Source: Perkinsus olseni (lineage: Eukaryota). Taken from it: a stretch of DNA of 61,724 nt. The notes under the pieces are model-generated. The model was not told the origin of the DNA, did not search any database, and saw only the letters and a list, made by a program, of their open reading frames with translations. Below, piece by piece: positions 1 to 13,185 of the stretch. The stretch is from positions 1 through 61,724 of the forward strand of contig JABANN010000147.1 of assembly GCA_013115125.1 (NCBI GenBank), read 5' to 3'. Numbering within the stretch: position 1 is the stretch's first letter; every line of letters begins with the position of its first letter. The position numbers and the translations under genes are program-made.

Positions 1-333
1 GGAGGATCCTGAGTCAGACGGTCTGACTTCCAAGGGCAATGCGCGCAGTTCATGCAACTGCACGCAGGATGATTGGCCATAGTTCCTCGCTGATCCGATT
101 TAGTGACGGGATAATCCGCAGCCGCATGATACCGATGTTGGTGCTGGTTCTACCATGCTAGTTGAGTTGACGGCGCACTTACAGTAAGCTGGAAGAGGTC
201 CTCGGTTGACTTTACTTGGAACTTCTCATGAAAGGCGGGGGAAATTTTTGGGGACAGCGTTGGAGAATCCAAGGTCGAATAAGGTATCGTATAGTAGTAG
301 TAGTTCGTTATTACCTGTTGTTGATTGTTTAAC

Positions 334-1494
334 ATGACGCCAACCAAAATGCTGTCTAGTGGTCACTGTATCCCTATGGTGGGGTCCGGTACCTACAGAG
401 TTGGCATTACGCCTAGGTCGGCCTTTCAGGGGGTCCCTGCTGGTCGGGACGGTAAGGCTGTCATAAAGGACGCCATACAAGCCGGATACAGGTAAAGGGG
501 GTGAGCACTCCTTCCTACTTTCAGCAGATCTTTGTAGGCTGTTCGACTGTGCTCAATTCTACTTAAATGAAGCCATAGTCGGCGATGCAATCGCGGAAAG
601 CGGCATACCTCGACAAGAGTTTTTCATCGTCAGCAAGGTGTGGCCCGATAAGATCTACCAAGGCCGTCAGGCTGTCATTGAGCAGTGCAAGCAGTCTTTG
701 AAAGACCTGTGAGTAGTCCCTGCGTAGTGCTGTTGATAGAGCCCTCCTGTTTTAGTCGGACTTCCTATCTCGACCTGTACCTGATCCATTGGCCTGTACC
801 GGGCAAGCATGTAGAAGCTTACCATGCTTTGGAGGAACTGTAGGGGCGCTCAGCACTTGGACGCCGTAGTAACGTGGTGGTGGTTCTTGTAGGTACAAGG
901 AGGGTTTATGCCACTCTATTGGTCTGAGTAACTACACTATAGAGGACTACGAGGAGCTCGTTAATGCGGGAATAGCGATACCTCCGGCATGCAACGAAAT
1001 AGAAGTCAACCCCTTGCTTTACAGTGAGTCCTTTCCAATGCTCATATCCCATCCGAATTTTACGATATCTTCTCAGGGAAGAAAACAATTCAGTTTTTCC
1101 AGTCTAAGGACATCACCATCATGTCATGGCGGGGCCTTGGTAATGGTAAAGCTGAGTTGCTTGAACACCCTGTCCTTGCCAAAATCGCCGCCGATAAGAA
1201 GGTCACCACAGCACAGGTAAGGAGACGAAACCTCTTCGATGCCACCATGCATGCGTCTTTCAGGTCATTGGCCGCTGGTTGGTGCAGCACTCGATCGTCC
1301 ACATCCCGAAGAGTGAAAACCCAGAGAGAATGAGAACGAATATGGATATATTCTCATTCGAGCTCACCTCTGCTCAAATGGCTGAGATTGACGCTATCGG
1401 ACTGTCCAAGGAAGCTGTGGATACCTTCCGTCAGCATTACATGTACTATGCCGTTAAACTGGAAGGGGGCATAGGCCGTGAAAATGTGGCCTAG
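334..1494 (+). CDS. Aldo-keto reductase (AKR superfamily), multi-exon
   Basis: Manual splicing over GT-AG introns gives MTPTKMLSSGHCIPMVGSGTY...AGYRLFDCAQFYLNE...FIVSKVW...YLDLYLIHWP...IPKSENPERM; AKR catalytic D, Y, K, H residues are in the expected motifs. Confidence 0.92.
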
Positions 1495-1890
1495 TAGTCT
1501 CACGTTTGTTGACCGTAATATGTAGCTAGCGGGGTCGTGCAACTCTCGAAAGCTAGAACCTGATTGATCGACTCATCCAAGCTGAATTATTTTCGTGGGT
1601 CCCCGGGACTTAGTGTCTTTCTGGTGGCATGTTGGGCTGGTGGTACCTAGGAGCCTTAGTGCTTACGTAGCGTTGGAGTCGGCTAAATGGTGTTGATCGT
1701 TCAGGGCCAACAGTACCAGAGACTGCGCGTTGACCGTGGCTGATGCAAGACAGCAGTTTACCTGTGATTAGCTTCCCAGTTTTACTGTGTTGTTTTCTTT
1801 TATTAGCCTCCCGCATGTTGTGTTCAGTCGCATAGGATATGATAGGTGTACTTACTCCGCTCGGGTCAGATTTTTATCCGAAGCCGTTTC

Positions 1891-3763
1891 ATGCCCGGCC
1901 ATCAACTGGTCAGCCCGCCTTCACCCGCCTCGACGGCGTCCACCGAGAGGGCGGGCAGCCCACTGCAGAAATTCAAAGTGGAAACTATTCGTGTCGACGA
2001 CATCGCTGAGTTCACTATGGAGGAAGTGCGCCGACATGGTTTTGTTGTAATTGATAACACAGTATATAACGTGAGGGAGTGGGTGATGGATGGAAGGCAT
2101 CCAGGTAGTATTGGGTAGGTGCAAGCGCTGTGGTCCACAAGCGCGTCCGTAGGTGGCGAAGTGCTCCTCAGCTGCCTCGGTCGTGACGTAACGTCTCTCT
2201 TCCGGGGTATCCATCACCCCAGGGTGGCCAAGCATTTCCTCCTTCCGCTGGCTATTGGCCGACTGAAGCAGTCTTCGGTCGAAGATGAGGCTGAGGCTGA
2301 TTTCATTGCACTAGAACGCCGTGTCAGGGAGTTGGGATATTATCAACAGAAGTAGAACCATGTGGGTAGAAGGACTCTGGTCGGAAAGATATTACGATGA
2401 TTCAGGAACTCCTATTATATTGGACGCATCGCCATAGTCCTTTCCTTTCTCTTTCTGGCACTAGCTAGCCTCTATCGCGGCTGGGTCTTGCTGGGAGCAA
2501 TCAGCCTGGGTTTATTTTGGCAACAGGTAATAGTAGTAGGGATGGTGGTCTCCTGACAGAAGGACTTCCCTTCAGGGTGCATTCCTCGCCCACGACGCAT
2601 GCCACAGAGGCTACGGCGATGGTGATGGAAGATCCCCTTCGTGGGTTGGATGGTTGATTGGCTCTGTTCTATTTGGTATATCGTCTAGTATGTGGAGCGA
2701 GGAGCACGCGGTAAGATACGATTTCTCTGCCACGCGCACACGTGGACCGTTGATGCTCATCATCATCATCATCAACAACAGGCGCATCATTGCTTCCCTC
2801 GTCGTCCCCGTGAGGACCCCCAGTTCAGCTACTTGCCGACTTTCTTAATAAGTCGCAAGGAGTTGCCGTATTCCAGCAAGTTGGAGATGATAATAGCGAG
2901 AGTTATGGTACCAGTACAGCATTTCGTACTGGCCCCTCTCGCTATGACTATTGGACGGTTCAATTTTTATCTCATCAGTGTCATATTTGTAAGTCATTGC
3001 CATTTGCTGATTCCGAGTCCATTCTCCTCCTCCCTCCTATCAGTCGTGTAAGCGTACCTTACAGTACCACGTAAAGGCGCGGCCGATCCCTCTGCACTGT
3101 GTTCCCCTAGCGGACCTTTCTGGCATGTGTCTCTTTTGGATATGGTAATGATAACAGTAGCGTCTCCGACCGTGCTTCTATCAGCGCTGGCCCTATCCCG
3201 CTCAGGTACTCCCAGCTCACCTACCATCTAGTACCCCCCGAAAGTCGATTAGTCTTTGTTCTCCTGTCGAACTGCACAGCTGGAATACTACACGTAGCCG
3301 GTTTCGTTCCCCTACTTCAACGTCCCCAAACTTGGTCGTGTCAGGTCCAGCTGCTGGTATCTCATCTGGCTGTTGACTGTTTCCACTCGAACGAGGAGCC
3401 GAGATGGTTCAGATTGCAGTGCCACACTAGTCGGAATGTCGACACTCGGGCGCACTGGTTTTGGGGAGGTAGTACGCATGTCTTCCTTTGGCCCCCCTGA
3501 GGTTCGCTCTTGACAGGACTGGAGTACCAAATAGAGCACCACCTCTTCCCTCGTCTTCCACGGCACTCCCTGCCTGCAGTACAGCCGTTAGTGATGGAGC
3601 TGTGTCGAAAGCATGGAGTACCATATCGTTGTGAGGGCGAGATCAAAACGCTGACATTGGTACTGAATGGGTTGGGTATGATTGCTGGGCTCCACCCTCT
3701 CTCTGGTTGTAGATTTTCGAAGATCTTCGTAACTTGGCTGCGGTTGCAGCCGAGCCCGTCTAA
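1891..3763 (+). CDS. Cytochrome b5-fused front-end desaturase (delta-8 sphingolipid / delta-6 type), multi-exon
   Basis: HPG|G haem motif split by an intron; His boxes HDACH, HA|AHH and QIEHHLFP; AGILHVQLLVSH and WFWGGLEYQ segments resemble sphingolipid delta-8 desaturases. 3' end approximate. Confidence 0.9.
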
Positions 3764-4028
3764 CGTCAGCAGCCAGCAGTAAAGTGAAGCTACAGTGCAT
3801 GGACCCTCACTAGGCGACTCTACTACTACTACAACATAGCCTCTGTGGTTATAGTAGTAGTCGTCGTAATAATCAATGCGACTCTCTCAACTATCTTTTA
3901 CCACTAAAAAATCGTTCTCCTCCTGCAGTGTCATGATTTCGCTTCTTTGAGAGTCGAGTTGAAGTGCATGGCCGCTCTGCTGCTTTTGGTTGTCTTGTAG
4001 TTTGTGTTCAAGACGTCATCGATCTCTC

Positions 4029-7000
4029 ATGGGCGATCTGGCCACACTCCAGACAGCCTTACAGACCCTCTTCTCGTCACAGAACCAAGAGGAGCGCAGC
4101 CGTGCCGACGAGTGGCTTCGCAAGTGGCAGCAGACGTCCACAGCATGGCAGGTCGCCAATCTGGTCCTCGACAATGAAAGCAACAATGAGAATATGCTCT
4201 TCTTTGCGGCGCAGACTTTGCGGACTAAAATACAGTTCGACTTCTATGAGTTACAGGAGACCGATTGGGCGGGCCTTCGAGAGTCTATCATCAGCAAGTT
4301 GATTAACTTCAGCGGCTCCAACAAGTCCAGCGCAGTACGGATGCAGTTGGCTATTGCTCTAGCGGACTTAGCCATCCAAATGGATGACAAGTGGGAGACG
4401 GCGATCGAGGATATTATTAAGCAGTTCAGTTCCAGCCCAGCATACACAGGTCTACTGCTGATAGTACTCAAGCTCCTGCCAGAGGAAGCTAGCAACTACC
4501 GACTCATGACCGATACATCGAAGCGAAACAACGCCTTCCGAAGGTTGGCAAAGTACTCCCCAGATGTGGTACAGTTTCTCATGGCGGAGGCTATGAAGGG
4601 CGACAAAAACCTGAGCCTTGAGGCACTCGTTGAGTGGCTCCGACTCGGTACCGTACCGGCTAGCGTGCTCATCAAATCCGACCTCATGGACGCTGTTTTC
4701 AGCGGCTTAGGGGATGCCAGGATTTCCTCGGCTTGCACTGACATTGTGGTTGAGGTATTAGGGCTTCTGGGGAAAGAGTCGAACTCCCCGGAAGCAGGGA
4801 GCCTCTACGAGCGCATGTTCAGCAAGGTTGGCGGCCTACTGCCGGCCCTCGAGGCATCCCTAAGGGAGGACGACAGCGATGTAGCTATGATGTTGTCTCG
4901 GGTCTGCGTCGAGTGTGCGGAGGCCATGTGCACTTTCCTGGTCGCCAACGCCACAACCAGCGTGGAGATGCAGCGGATGCTCGCAGTACTGATCGAGATA
5001 GTAGAGTACCGAGGAGAGTACGAGGTGTCTGAGCTGCCCTTGAACTTCTGGGAGCAGTTCGCCCATGAGGTTAACATTCGCCCCCAGCTCCACGAGTCCA
5101 TGAAACCTGTCCTGTGCAAGCTTCTAGTGGCTCTCACCCAGAGGTGCTCGTTTGATGGCCAGAGCAAAGCGACTCTGGCAGCGGACATTCCACCGCCTGT
5201 GAAGGTCAGTACGATGGGTACTGAGGAGCTGTATGATCTGTGCACGACTTACTTCGACATCGACGATGACTACCTCAGATTTCGGCGATATCTGGGTGAG
5301 ACGGTACTGCAGGTCCTCGGCCCGGTCGGCCCGACAGTAGGGTTTGAGTGCCTCCTTCAAGCCTTCGGTGCTCAGCCTCGCGACGCTATCTACCACCAGG
5401 AAGCCTACTATTACATACTCGCTTGGGTGGTCCGACGAGTCACCCCCAATGAAGCGCTCCTCGCTGACAACTCCCTCGTTTGGAAGTTGCTCGACTTCAT
5501 ACCGGCCCTCTTCAACACTCCTGCTACCCTCGCCAAGGACGTCCTCTGCCAGCGCTCGGCCCTCTCCCTCGTCGGTGCTTGCGCTCACTTCCTCGAGAAG
5601 CGACCCGACAAGCTCCGGGCTATGACGGAGTTCCTCAGCGCTCAGTTGGTAGCCGATCCAGCAACACGTCATCCTTCAGTGACCTACGCGGCTGCTTCTG
5701 CCTTCCGATTGATCTGCCTGAGGTGCCGTGACGAGCTGGCGTTGATATCGGGCATGTCTACTGCTCTCTGCAACGTGTATAAGTGTACCGCAGCGAGCCT
5801 GCCCGCCAAGACCCACATGAAGGTAGTGGAGGGCACCAGCGCTGTCGTGTCAGCCGGTACGGATGACGAGTCCTTCAAGGCCAATCTTGAAGTCGTCCTC
5901 GAGCCGTTAATAGCAGGTGAGCCTCTGAGTACCTTCACTGTCCTCTCGACTTCCCTCTGTCTTAGGTCTCCGACAGCATGCCAACGACCACAATATGCTG
6001 TGCGACATCCTGGACCGCCTCAGCACTTGCCTGCTGTCCTCGAGGGTCCCTCGAGAATCAGCACGAGAGGTCGCCTTGGGTCGGTTCGTCGAGCAGTCCC
6101 TCTGGCCGACAGTATCCCAAATACTGGAGCATTGCGTCAATGACGCCCGTCTAGTAGAGAAGTGCTGCCGAGTCCTCAAGCATAGCGTTCGTACTGTCCC
6201 TGACGCGTTCAAGCCTCTCGTGCCGCGACTGGTGGAACGCTTGGTAACAGACTTTAACAAGCAGCATCACAGTAGCTACCTTTACATGGCGGAAGTCCTT
6301 GCGGGCACCTACGGCTCTGACCCGGAGGTGGAGCCCTTGCTAGGGCAGCTCTTTGTGTCCCTCTCTGGTACGGCATTGCAGGCTTTGGTGCAGTTCAGGG
6401 CGAGCCACCCGGGAAAGTTGGATGAAGCTTGTGATCTTATCGAGGATTTCTACGGCATGTGTCTGCGATACTTACGGCACTGTCCCCACATCGTGGTCTC
6501 CCGCTGCCCAGAGGTAGCGTTGAAAGCATCGTTAGTATCATATCAACTGTTGCCCCACAGGTCACCTCAGCCGCCCTCAACTTCGCTGCCGAGTCTGCTG
6601 TGTTCGTCCAGCAGAAGGACGCCGCTGATGCTGTTTTCGCCTTCATAGACGCTTGCTACACCTCCTCGGAGAAGGCCGACGCCTGGGGCTTCTCTCCGGC
6701 TGATGCGGAAACATCCCGGAAAATAGTCCAAGCGAGTTCAGGTCTCATGGTGAAGCAGATGTTTGCAATGATGCTGTCTGTTCCGCCACGGTGAGGCGTC
6801 TCACAGCCCTCGTCTGTTCTCACGCGTCTCAGCGTAGGTACTTGAGGGAGTACATCCCAGAAGTCCTGGAGGCAGTCTTCCGCTTCAATCCTGAACAGTA
6901 CCAGAAGGACTGGCTGCCTCAGGCTCTCGAGTTGGTACCTCGCAGTGTCTTGTCCGATCGCGAAAAGATCGAAGCCAAGCAGGACCTGGTAACTCGGTCG

Positions 7001-7131
7001 TCGGTTTTGGTACGAAACTCACCGAATGTTGTCAGGCGTGCGAGGGCAGCAAGAGCGACCTGTATAACAGAGTTGCTGATGTCACGTACCGTTGTGAGCA
7101 AGTTGCCTTGAGAAGTAGTCAGAAGTTGTAA
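4029..7131 (+). CDS. TNPO3: Importin-beta family karyopherin, transportin-SR/Mtr10-like
   Basis: N-terminal ADEWLRKWQQTSTAWQVA...FFAAQTLRTKIQFDF...LAIALADLAIQM...LLPEE; C-terminal VEKCCRVLKHSVR, HHSSYLY, DLIEDFY. Long first exon, then short introns; spliced end ...ALRSSQKL*. Confidence 0.85.
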
Positions 7132-7295
7132 CCGTTCCTGCTGCTGCTGCTACCGTTGTGACCGCTACACTGTTATCATCGTAGAGGATTGATTGCTATA
7201 TACCATAACAGTTGAAGAATCGCTATCTTATGTTCGTAACAAAGGGTGCTTTGTGGGTCACCTAATCGGGCTTGAGTTGCACAGTTCAGGAGGAT

Positions 7296-10200
7296 ATGTC
7301 CCGGCAGGGACACATGCCTGATGGTACGTGGCAGCGTAATAACTCCCCGAGAAGATGCAAAGCTGATGAGAGTGGTGGAGAAAGGAGGGCGTCTAGCTCG
7401 TCATGAGCTACAGCACGACGTGGAGTGCATCACAGAGATGTGACCAGGAGGAGCCCTACCGCACACTCGACGGCTTCTCCCAGATACGAGATGCTGTGGC
7501 GACGGGGTCGCATTCAACGAGGGCAGCGGCATTTCTTTGACGAGTTCGGCTTCGTCCTGCCTCAGTAGACGAAGGGCTAGACTGTACAGAGCCGGAGGCC
7601 GCCTCTGACGGCAGGTCCGTGCTGTTCCGGCGGGGAGCGATCTACGCCTGGTACTTCACGTCGGTCGAGGGGAGCCTACTGAGGAAGAGGACCGAGAATC
7701 TGAAGGTGGGGACGAGGTCCTGGCGAGACCAGGGTCAGACCTCGTTGTTTCAGATCGAGGAAGTTGAGAAAGAATTCTGCAAGAAAAGGATGCCTTGCGA
7801 CTCGTCGTCGGAGGAGGAGTCGATTGAGGTAAGGAGGCAGCGTCCCGGATCAGCGGATGCTTCGTCTGAGGGGCTCACAGCGTCTCTTCGAAGCTGCTGT
7901 CAAGCTGCATCTGGGAGCTGCGGGATCAGGTGGCAGCAGTTTGGATACCGATGGCGAGTCAGTTCCCCGAGGACAGAGCCAAGAGACCTCGAGTAGAGTT
8001 CATGACAGCAGCCCAGCTGAGGTCGGTAGCCTCGGTAGCCGTCACTCCATGCTGCCCACCTCCCCTCATCAGGCGCTTCCTCAGCGACGGGCTGGCTGGG
8101 CTGGACAACCCCTCCGGCCTGTTGCAGCAGTTCGTGTATCCCCTCGGGGTCTCCAACTTCCTCATAAGAGCGGTGAAGTATGCCGGCTGCACAGCCCTTG
8201 CCGTCCGAACCAACCGGTATCATCTAACTTGGACTCACTGCCGTGTACGTGATTGGCCCTCCTGTTAAGGTACGTCCTCCTCCCGGCCCTATCCCAATCT
8301 CAACCACACGGTGCTCACCCTTCTGGCCGGGGATCAATCCCATGCCAGGGCGAAGGCCGTGGTGCACCACGTTCTTCGGCGGCAGGGCTCTTCAAACGAT
8401 GCGCCACCTTCGAGGGTTGGGAGGGTACCCTGCTGTTGCCTGCTGTCTGCCCTCCGTCACCACCGGGGCTCAGGACTCTCCTCTCTCAAGTCACACTACT
8501 CCCATCATAACGTGCCCGGCATCAACTCGGAGATCCTTGCTGCAGCGGAGAAGCTCTTGCGTCTCATAGATGAGGAGCAGATTGGTGAAATGCTCTTCTT
8601 GGGGCCCGACCAGTAGGCCACTGCCGGACCACCCGCCTTCGTCCCGCTCTGAGGTACATCGCAGCCCACTTCAAAGTCGACTACTTCACCAAGAAGCTTC
8701 ACTTCATTTACGCATCAGTCGTGGACAGGGCCGAAGTAGTCCAGCAGTGCGAGGGAGAGATGGCCATGCTTGATACGGCCGTCACTGGCCCCATCCCAGG
8801 CCTCCAGCTGCTACCAGGTAGCCCCACCGTACCGCACCGGCAGGTCTCTCGAAGAACTTCAGGTTGCCCACAGCGGGCCACAGGAGCTCCCAGGCTCCTC
8901 AGCTCACGCCGGGCGGAGCGCCGGAAACCTCTCCGGCAGCAGAACCCCCCTCGAAAAATGGATTCGGTGAGCAGCTTCTATGCCTGGTAAGCACCGCTAT
9001 GATGGGCGTGAACTCAGGGGGCGCCTTCGTCGAGCTCGGGTCCCAGACTGGGGGTAAGGGGCAATCCAGTGAGGCCAGCGCGACCAATGGCCCCAACGCG
9101 GATCTGGCTCCCGCAGGGCAGGTCTTCGGTCCGATCTAAGGAGCTGCTCGAATGGGTAGCACGTTCCGTGATGCGCGCGGATGGATTTTTCGAGCGGAAA
9201 TTATTTTTGGGCGCGCGCGCAAGGCGCCGTGTCGGACGGTCGCACGGATCATGAATCGTCACTTCGTTGCTATTGGTGACGTGGCCATTGACCACATCTC
9301 GGCTCAGACGGACGTGATGCCGGATCATCTGTTTGTACGTTGGACTGGTATTGAAGAGGGACCGCTACCCTCGGAGGACCAGGACGGTGAGGAGGGGCCA
9401 CCGACCCCCGATACCCCACCAGCGTCAGAGGTCGGCTCCGACGATAAGGACGACGAGGAAGGAGATGGAGGCAGCACTTGTGAGGAGAGGGGCATCATCC
9501 CCGAGGGCGCTGAGGATGTGCCAACTGACGAACCCGAATCGGACAGTGATGAGGAAGACGAAGCAACCTTGAAGGCCATCGAAGAACAGCTGGAGGCTGT
9601 GAGGTCAGCTTCTGTGCAGCTTCATCTCCGTCGGAGCGCTCAGCCTCGAGCAACAAGGTAGGAGGAGCAGGTTCGGTCCTCTCCAGGGCCATGCTGCCAT
9701 ATGCTTCAGGGCTACTGCTCGCTGCCGATCAATCAGCTGGGGCCCACCGGAGATCATCCAGGGTGAGGACGGTCAGATGATGACCACTGGAGGGGTTGTG
9801 CTAAGCTCGAAGTTGATGGAACAGGTGAGAGTGCAGGAGACTCGGTCTCACATTCCTAGGCCGCGTGGCGTAGGTCGGCTCGTGCCCTCCACCGGTCACG
9901 CCCACTGCGACCAGTGCTGAGGTTGCCACTGACGGCCGCCGTCGTAACGCTCCCACGGAAGAGAACTTCGACGTGGGTGAGGCTGCCTTGGCTAACAGAG
10001 TCGACAACGGCGTCCAAAGTATCCTCAAGTGAGCAGAGAGAGGACGGACGCCTTCCATCAATTTCTTTATTGCTAGCCCGGCCGCTCCGTTGCCTTCCCC
10101 CGTTGCTGACGACGCTGACCTCGGCGATCTTCTCGCGGAGAGACATGTGAGCCACTCGTCCCAAGTAGCCATCTAGCTCACACCTCTCCGCAGGTCACGC

Positions 10201-10559
10201 AGCAAGACTTACTCAACAGACTCGGCACCCGCAGCATGTTACAGTCAACAGCTGCGACCACTCCCGGCACTGCTGCCGACACTCCCGAAGAATACGAACC
10301 GCTGTTCGGCCCTCCCAATGGAGTCATTCACGGCCTATACCGCAACGGGATGCTCCACGAAACTCCTGGGAGAACTCCGGACCTCCTGTCGGGCGCCATC
10401 ACCCCGGAGGACCTCGATCTGCTTCAAGACCATGAGCCCAGGGGCGTACTGCCCGACCTTAGTGAGCTGTTCAGAGACAGCGTACCCTCGCCCAGAGGGC
10501 TGGAGGACCCTCCACCGGAGGTCAATAACGGTGGAGTTGTGCATGACGGTGTTACGTAG
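7296..10559 (+). CDS. Hypothetical multi-exon protein with acidic low-complexity C-terminal half
   Basis: Consistent exon chain with GT-AG introns: IYEMLWRR...GAIYAWYFTSVEGSLLRKR...GLLQQFVYPLGVSNFLIRAV. No family recognised with confidence; ends approximate and could be two genes. Confidence 0.55.
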
Positions 10560-10670
10560 CCCAATTGACGATGTGTCTAGATGAGCGCTTGAGTATCTTG
10601 CGTTAAGTTCGGGAAAAGGACAGAAATTCTACGCGACAGCTTCACGTGGGTATTGACCTCCTGTGTGAGA

Positions 10671-12972
10671 ATGTCGGACGGCCGGGAGGCGACAAGCGAT
10701 AGTATGATCCTCGAGATTACGGCCGCGACCGATCGACTGAGCTCAGCCCTGACCAGAAAGATACTGGCATACTGTGAAGAGCACCCTAGTGAATCGAGGG
10801 GGCTGTTGGATGCTCTGGTGATGCGGTCTCCGGTCCACCTGCCCGTCGATCATTGCTGTATGGTCAGGTATCTCACCACCATTACACCGTCATAGACCGC
10901 TTGTGCACTCGAGGCGGCGCAAGCGAGGTAGCTGAAGCCTGCGCTGGTACGGGCGCCATTCTGCGCTTGTCTCCTCACAATACACGAAAATGCATCGAGA
11001 ACTACCTACTGGGCGACTCAGATCACAAACCTCTTCTGTCCCTAGTGGGAGTACCATTTGTGGACCTAGCTAAGGCGCAGCCCTCTACCGCCGACTACTT
11101 CCTCGGGTCTGTTTGGCAGCAGCACCCGTTGACACCAGAGCAAGCCGTGGCCCTGGTAGGCTACGGCGGTCCGGATGTTTTTCTGGCCCCTCTAGGAAGG
11201 CTGTGGGCGGGCCCTCTACTCCCGGTCACGAACACTATGGCCATCGCTGTTGCGGTGGTGACGTTGCTCCGCTACCGCCCAGGGTCGTTGGATCATGAGA
11301 TCTCACAGTCGCTGCTGGACGGCGTCCATAACCGTCTCGGTAATGTCGATCCTGATCAGAGGGCGATGGCCATGGCGCTGATGGAAGTGGTAGCACGCAA
11401 GGTCTGGGCTTCTGACGCTCGAGTATTCCCCCAAGGCCCAGACTCGGACGAAGGGGCCGAATCCTGGAGGCTGGTGTGGAGAGCGGGGATGGGCGAAGAG
11501 CCGACAACGGCGCGGGCCTCGGGCGTGAAGCAACCCGTCAAAACTCCACCTGGCCCTTCGATGCAAAGAGAGGATGCGGAAGTCCGGAAAGCACATCTGA
11601 AGAGCCGGCTGGTTGAAGCCTTGTCGACTTTCCAGCCCCTACCGGCTCTCGAGTCCGCCACTAGATCGAGCGTGGCTAGAGGCGATGGTCAAGGAGCTTG
11701 GTTGGCATCCTGTGACGCCAAGCTGGCAGCCCCACCGACAAGTAGGAATAACGAAAAGTCGCGTCCGATAGCTTCTCTGTTCAGACGAGCCCCCGGCTGC
11801 GGTGGACGGTGAATTACCGAGTAACGTGACCCTGGGAAACCTAGTGATAGCTCGAGCTTCGAATCATGAAGGACCTCTCGAGGAGCGTCTCCGAATCGAG
11901 TAGGCCACGCGTTCGTAGCGGGAGTCAAACCGTGGACTTATAACCCGTCAGATCCGCTGTGGCCGGCCTCCCAGAGGCGATCAGAAACGCCAGTGCAGCC
12001 GAGCTATGTAGAGTCGGGCCAACGACAATCTACAACCTGATCATGCACTCTCGGGGAGACGATGCCGACACCCTGCAAGCTACTACCGCGAGGCATTTGG
12101 CCGGTCAGATCGTCGCCAAGGACTGTCTGAGGAATGCGGACGAGAGTAGGTGTTTACGCTACGTGCTGCAGTGCATCGAGAAGGCCGACTGGGCAGTAGG
12201 TAAGCTGAGATGTTCTACGTACCGAGTGCACGGAGTACCCATCTGCGTCCCTCGGAAGGTACCCGCGCTGAAGCTCTCAAAGTATTGGTGGAGGCTTCTG
12301 CGATCCTGGCTGGACGAGAGCCAAAGGATGGTGTTGATCAAGGTCCCCAGCGGATCGCCAGGCCGGCTACACGGACCCGCCGGAGACTGGGCCTTAGAGA
12401 GCTTCAGGAGTCCGGTCACAAGTCCAACCGGTGGAGCCAGGGCCGTGGGGGCCTCGATAGCGCCTCGACGACTGAGAACCACTTCGTAGCCCAGTGGATG
12501 CCTCTCTTCCTGCATCCAGTCCTCGCCTACACGCAGTCCAAGCGATGCAGGGATCAACCCGTCCTGTTGGCCGAATGCCTCAGGGCATCTGGTCAGCTCC
12601 TCCAGGCTGCCGGAGTATCGGCCCGGAGTGCGCCTCAGCGATCACAAGTGGTCGACGAGGTGAGTCAAAGTGCCCTACGAGTAGAAGAAGCTGCTTCCCG
12701 CTTGTTCAAGGTACTCGACGTTGTTGCGAACAGCTGTTCCCACAAGGACGCCACCGTAAGGAAAGCATGCATGATGCTGTGCACTTGCGTGCTGCCACTA
12801 ATCGGTACGCTGGGCGATCAACCATCCAGCCTGATCAGATGTGTCAGATCCGTCGGAGCTCAGCGACGAGCACTCGAGCTTCTTGAAGAGTTACATGAAC
12901 AGGACGTGCCTTGTCGAACCCGACGATCGAACACGAGAACAGGCGGCACGCCTTCGAGACTTGGTTCAGTGA
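10671..12972 (+). CDS. TELO2: TELO2/Tel2-like HEAT-repeat protein (TTT complex subunit)
   Basis: LLDGVHNRLGNVDPDQRAMAMALMEVVARK, LPEAIRNASAAELCRVG, ENHFVAQWMPLFLHPVL, VLLAECLRASG, HKDATVRKA and terminal EPDDRTREQA* match the order of conserved Tel2 blocks as I recall them. Confidence 0.6.
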
Positions 12973-13185
12973 TTGCCTTCAGTTTCACAAGTTTGTTATC
13001 CAATCCGGCGCTGATGTTGAGTTTCCGAGTAGAGTGGCTTCCCACGGGGACTGCAACGCGACAGTGCCGTCGAGTTTGGCTACGAGGTCCACATGACGTG
13101 AAACGAAGTAAAGGACGAGAGAACGTTCACGGTTGAATTCAACCAAGACGGAAGAACCATTGAAAGAGAAATAGAAATAAGAGAC

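Noticed and set aside
10165-10180. gtagccatctagctca resembles part of the perkinsid spliced leader
   Set aside because: Partial and mismatched, inside an ordinary short intron, not followed by a donor; compatible with chance.
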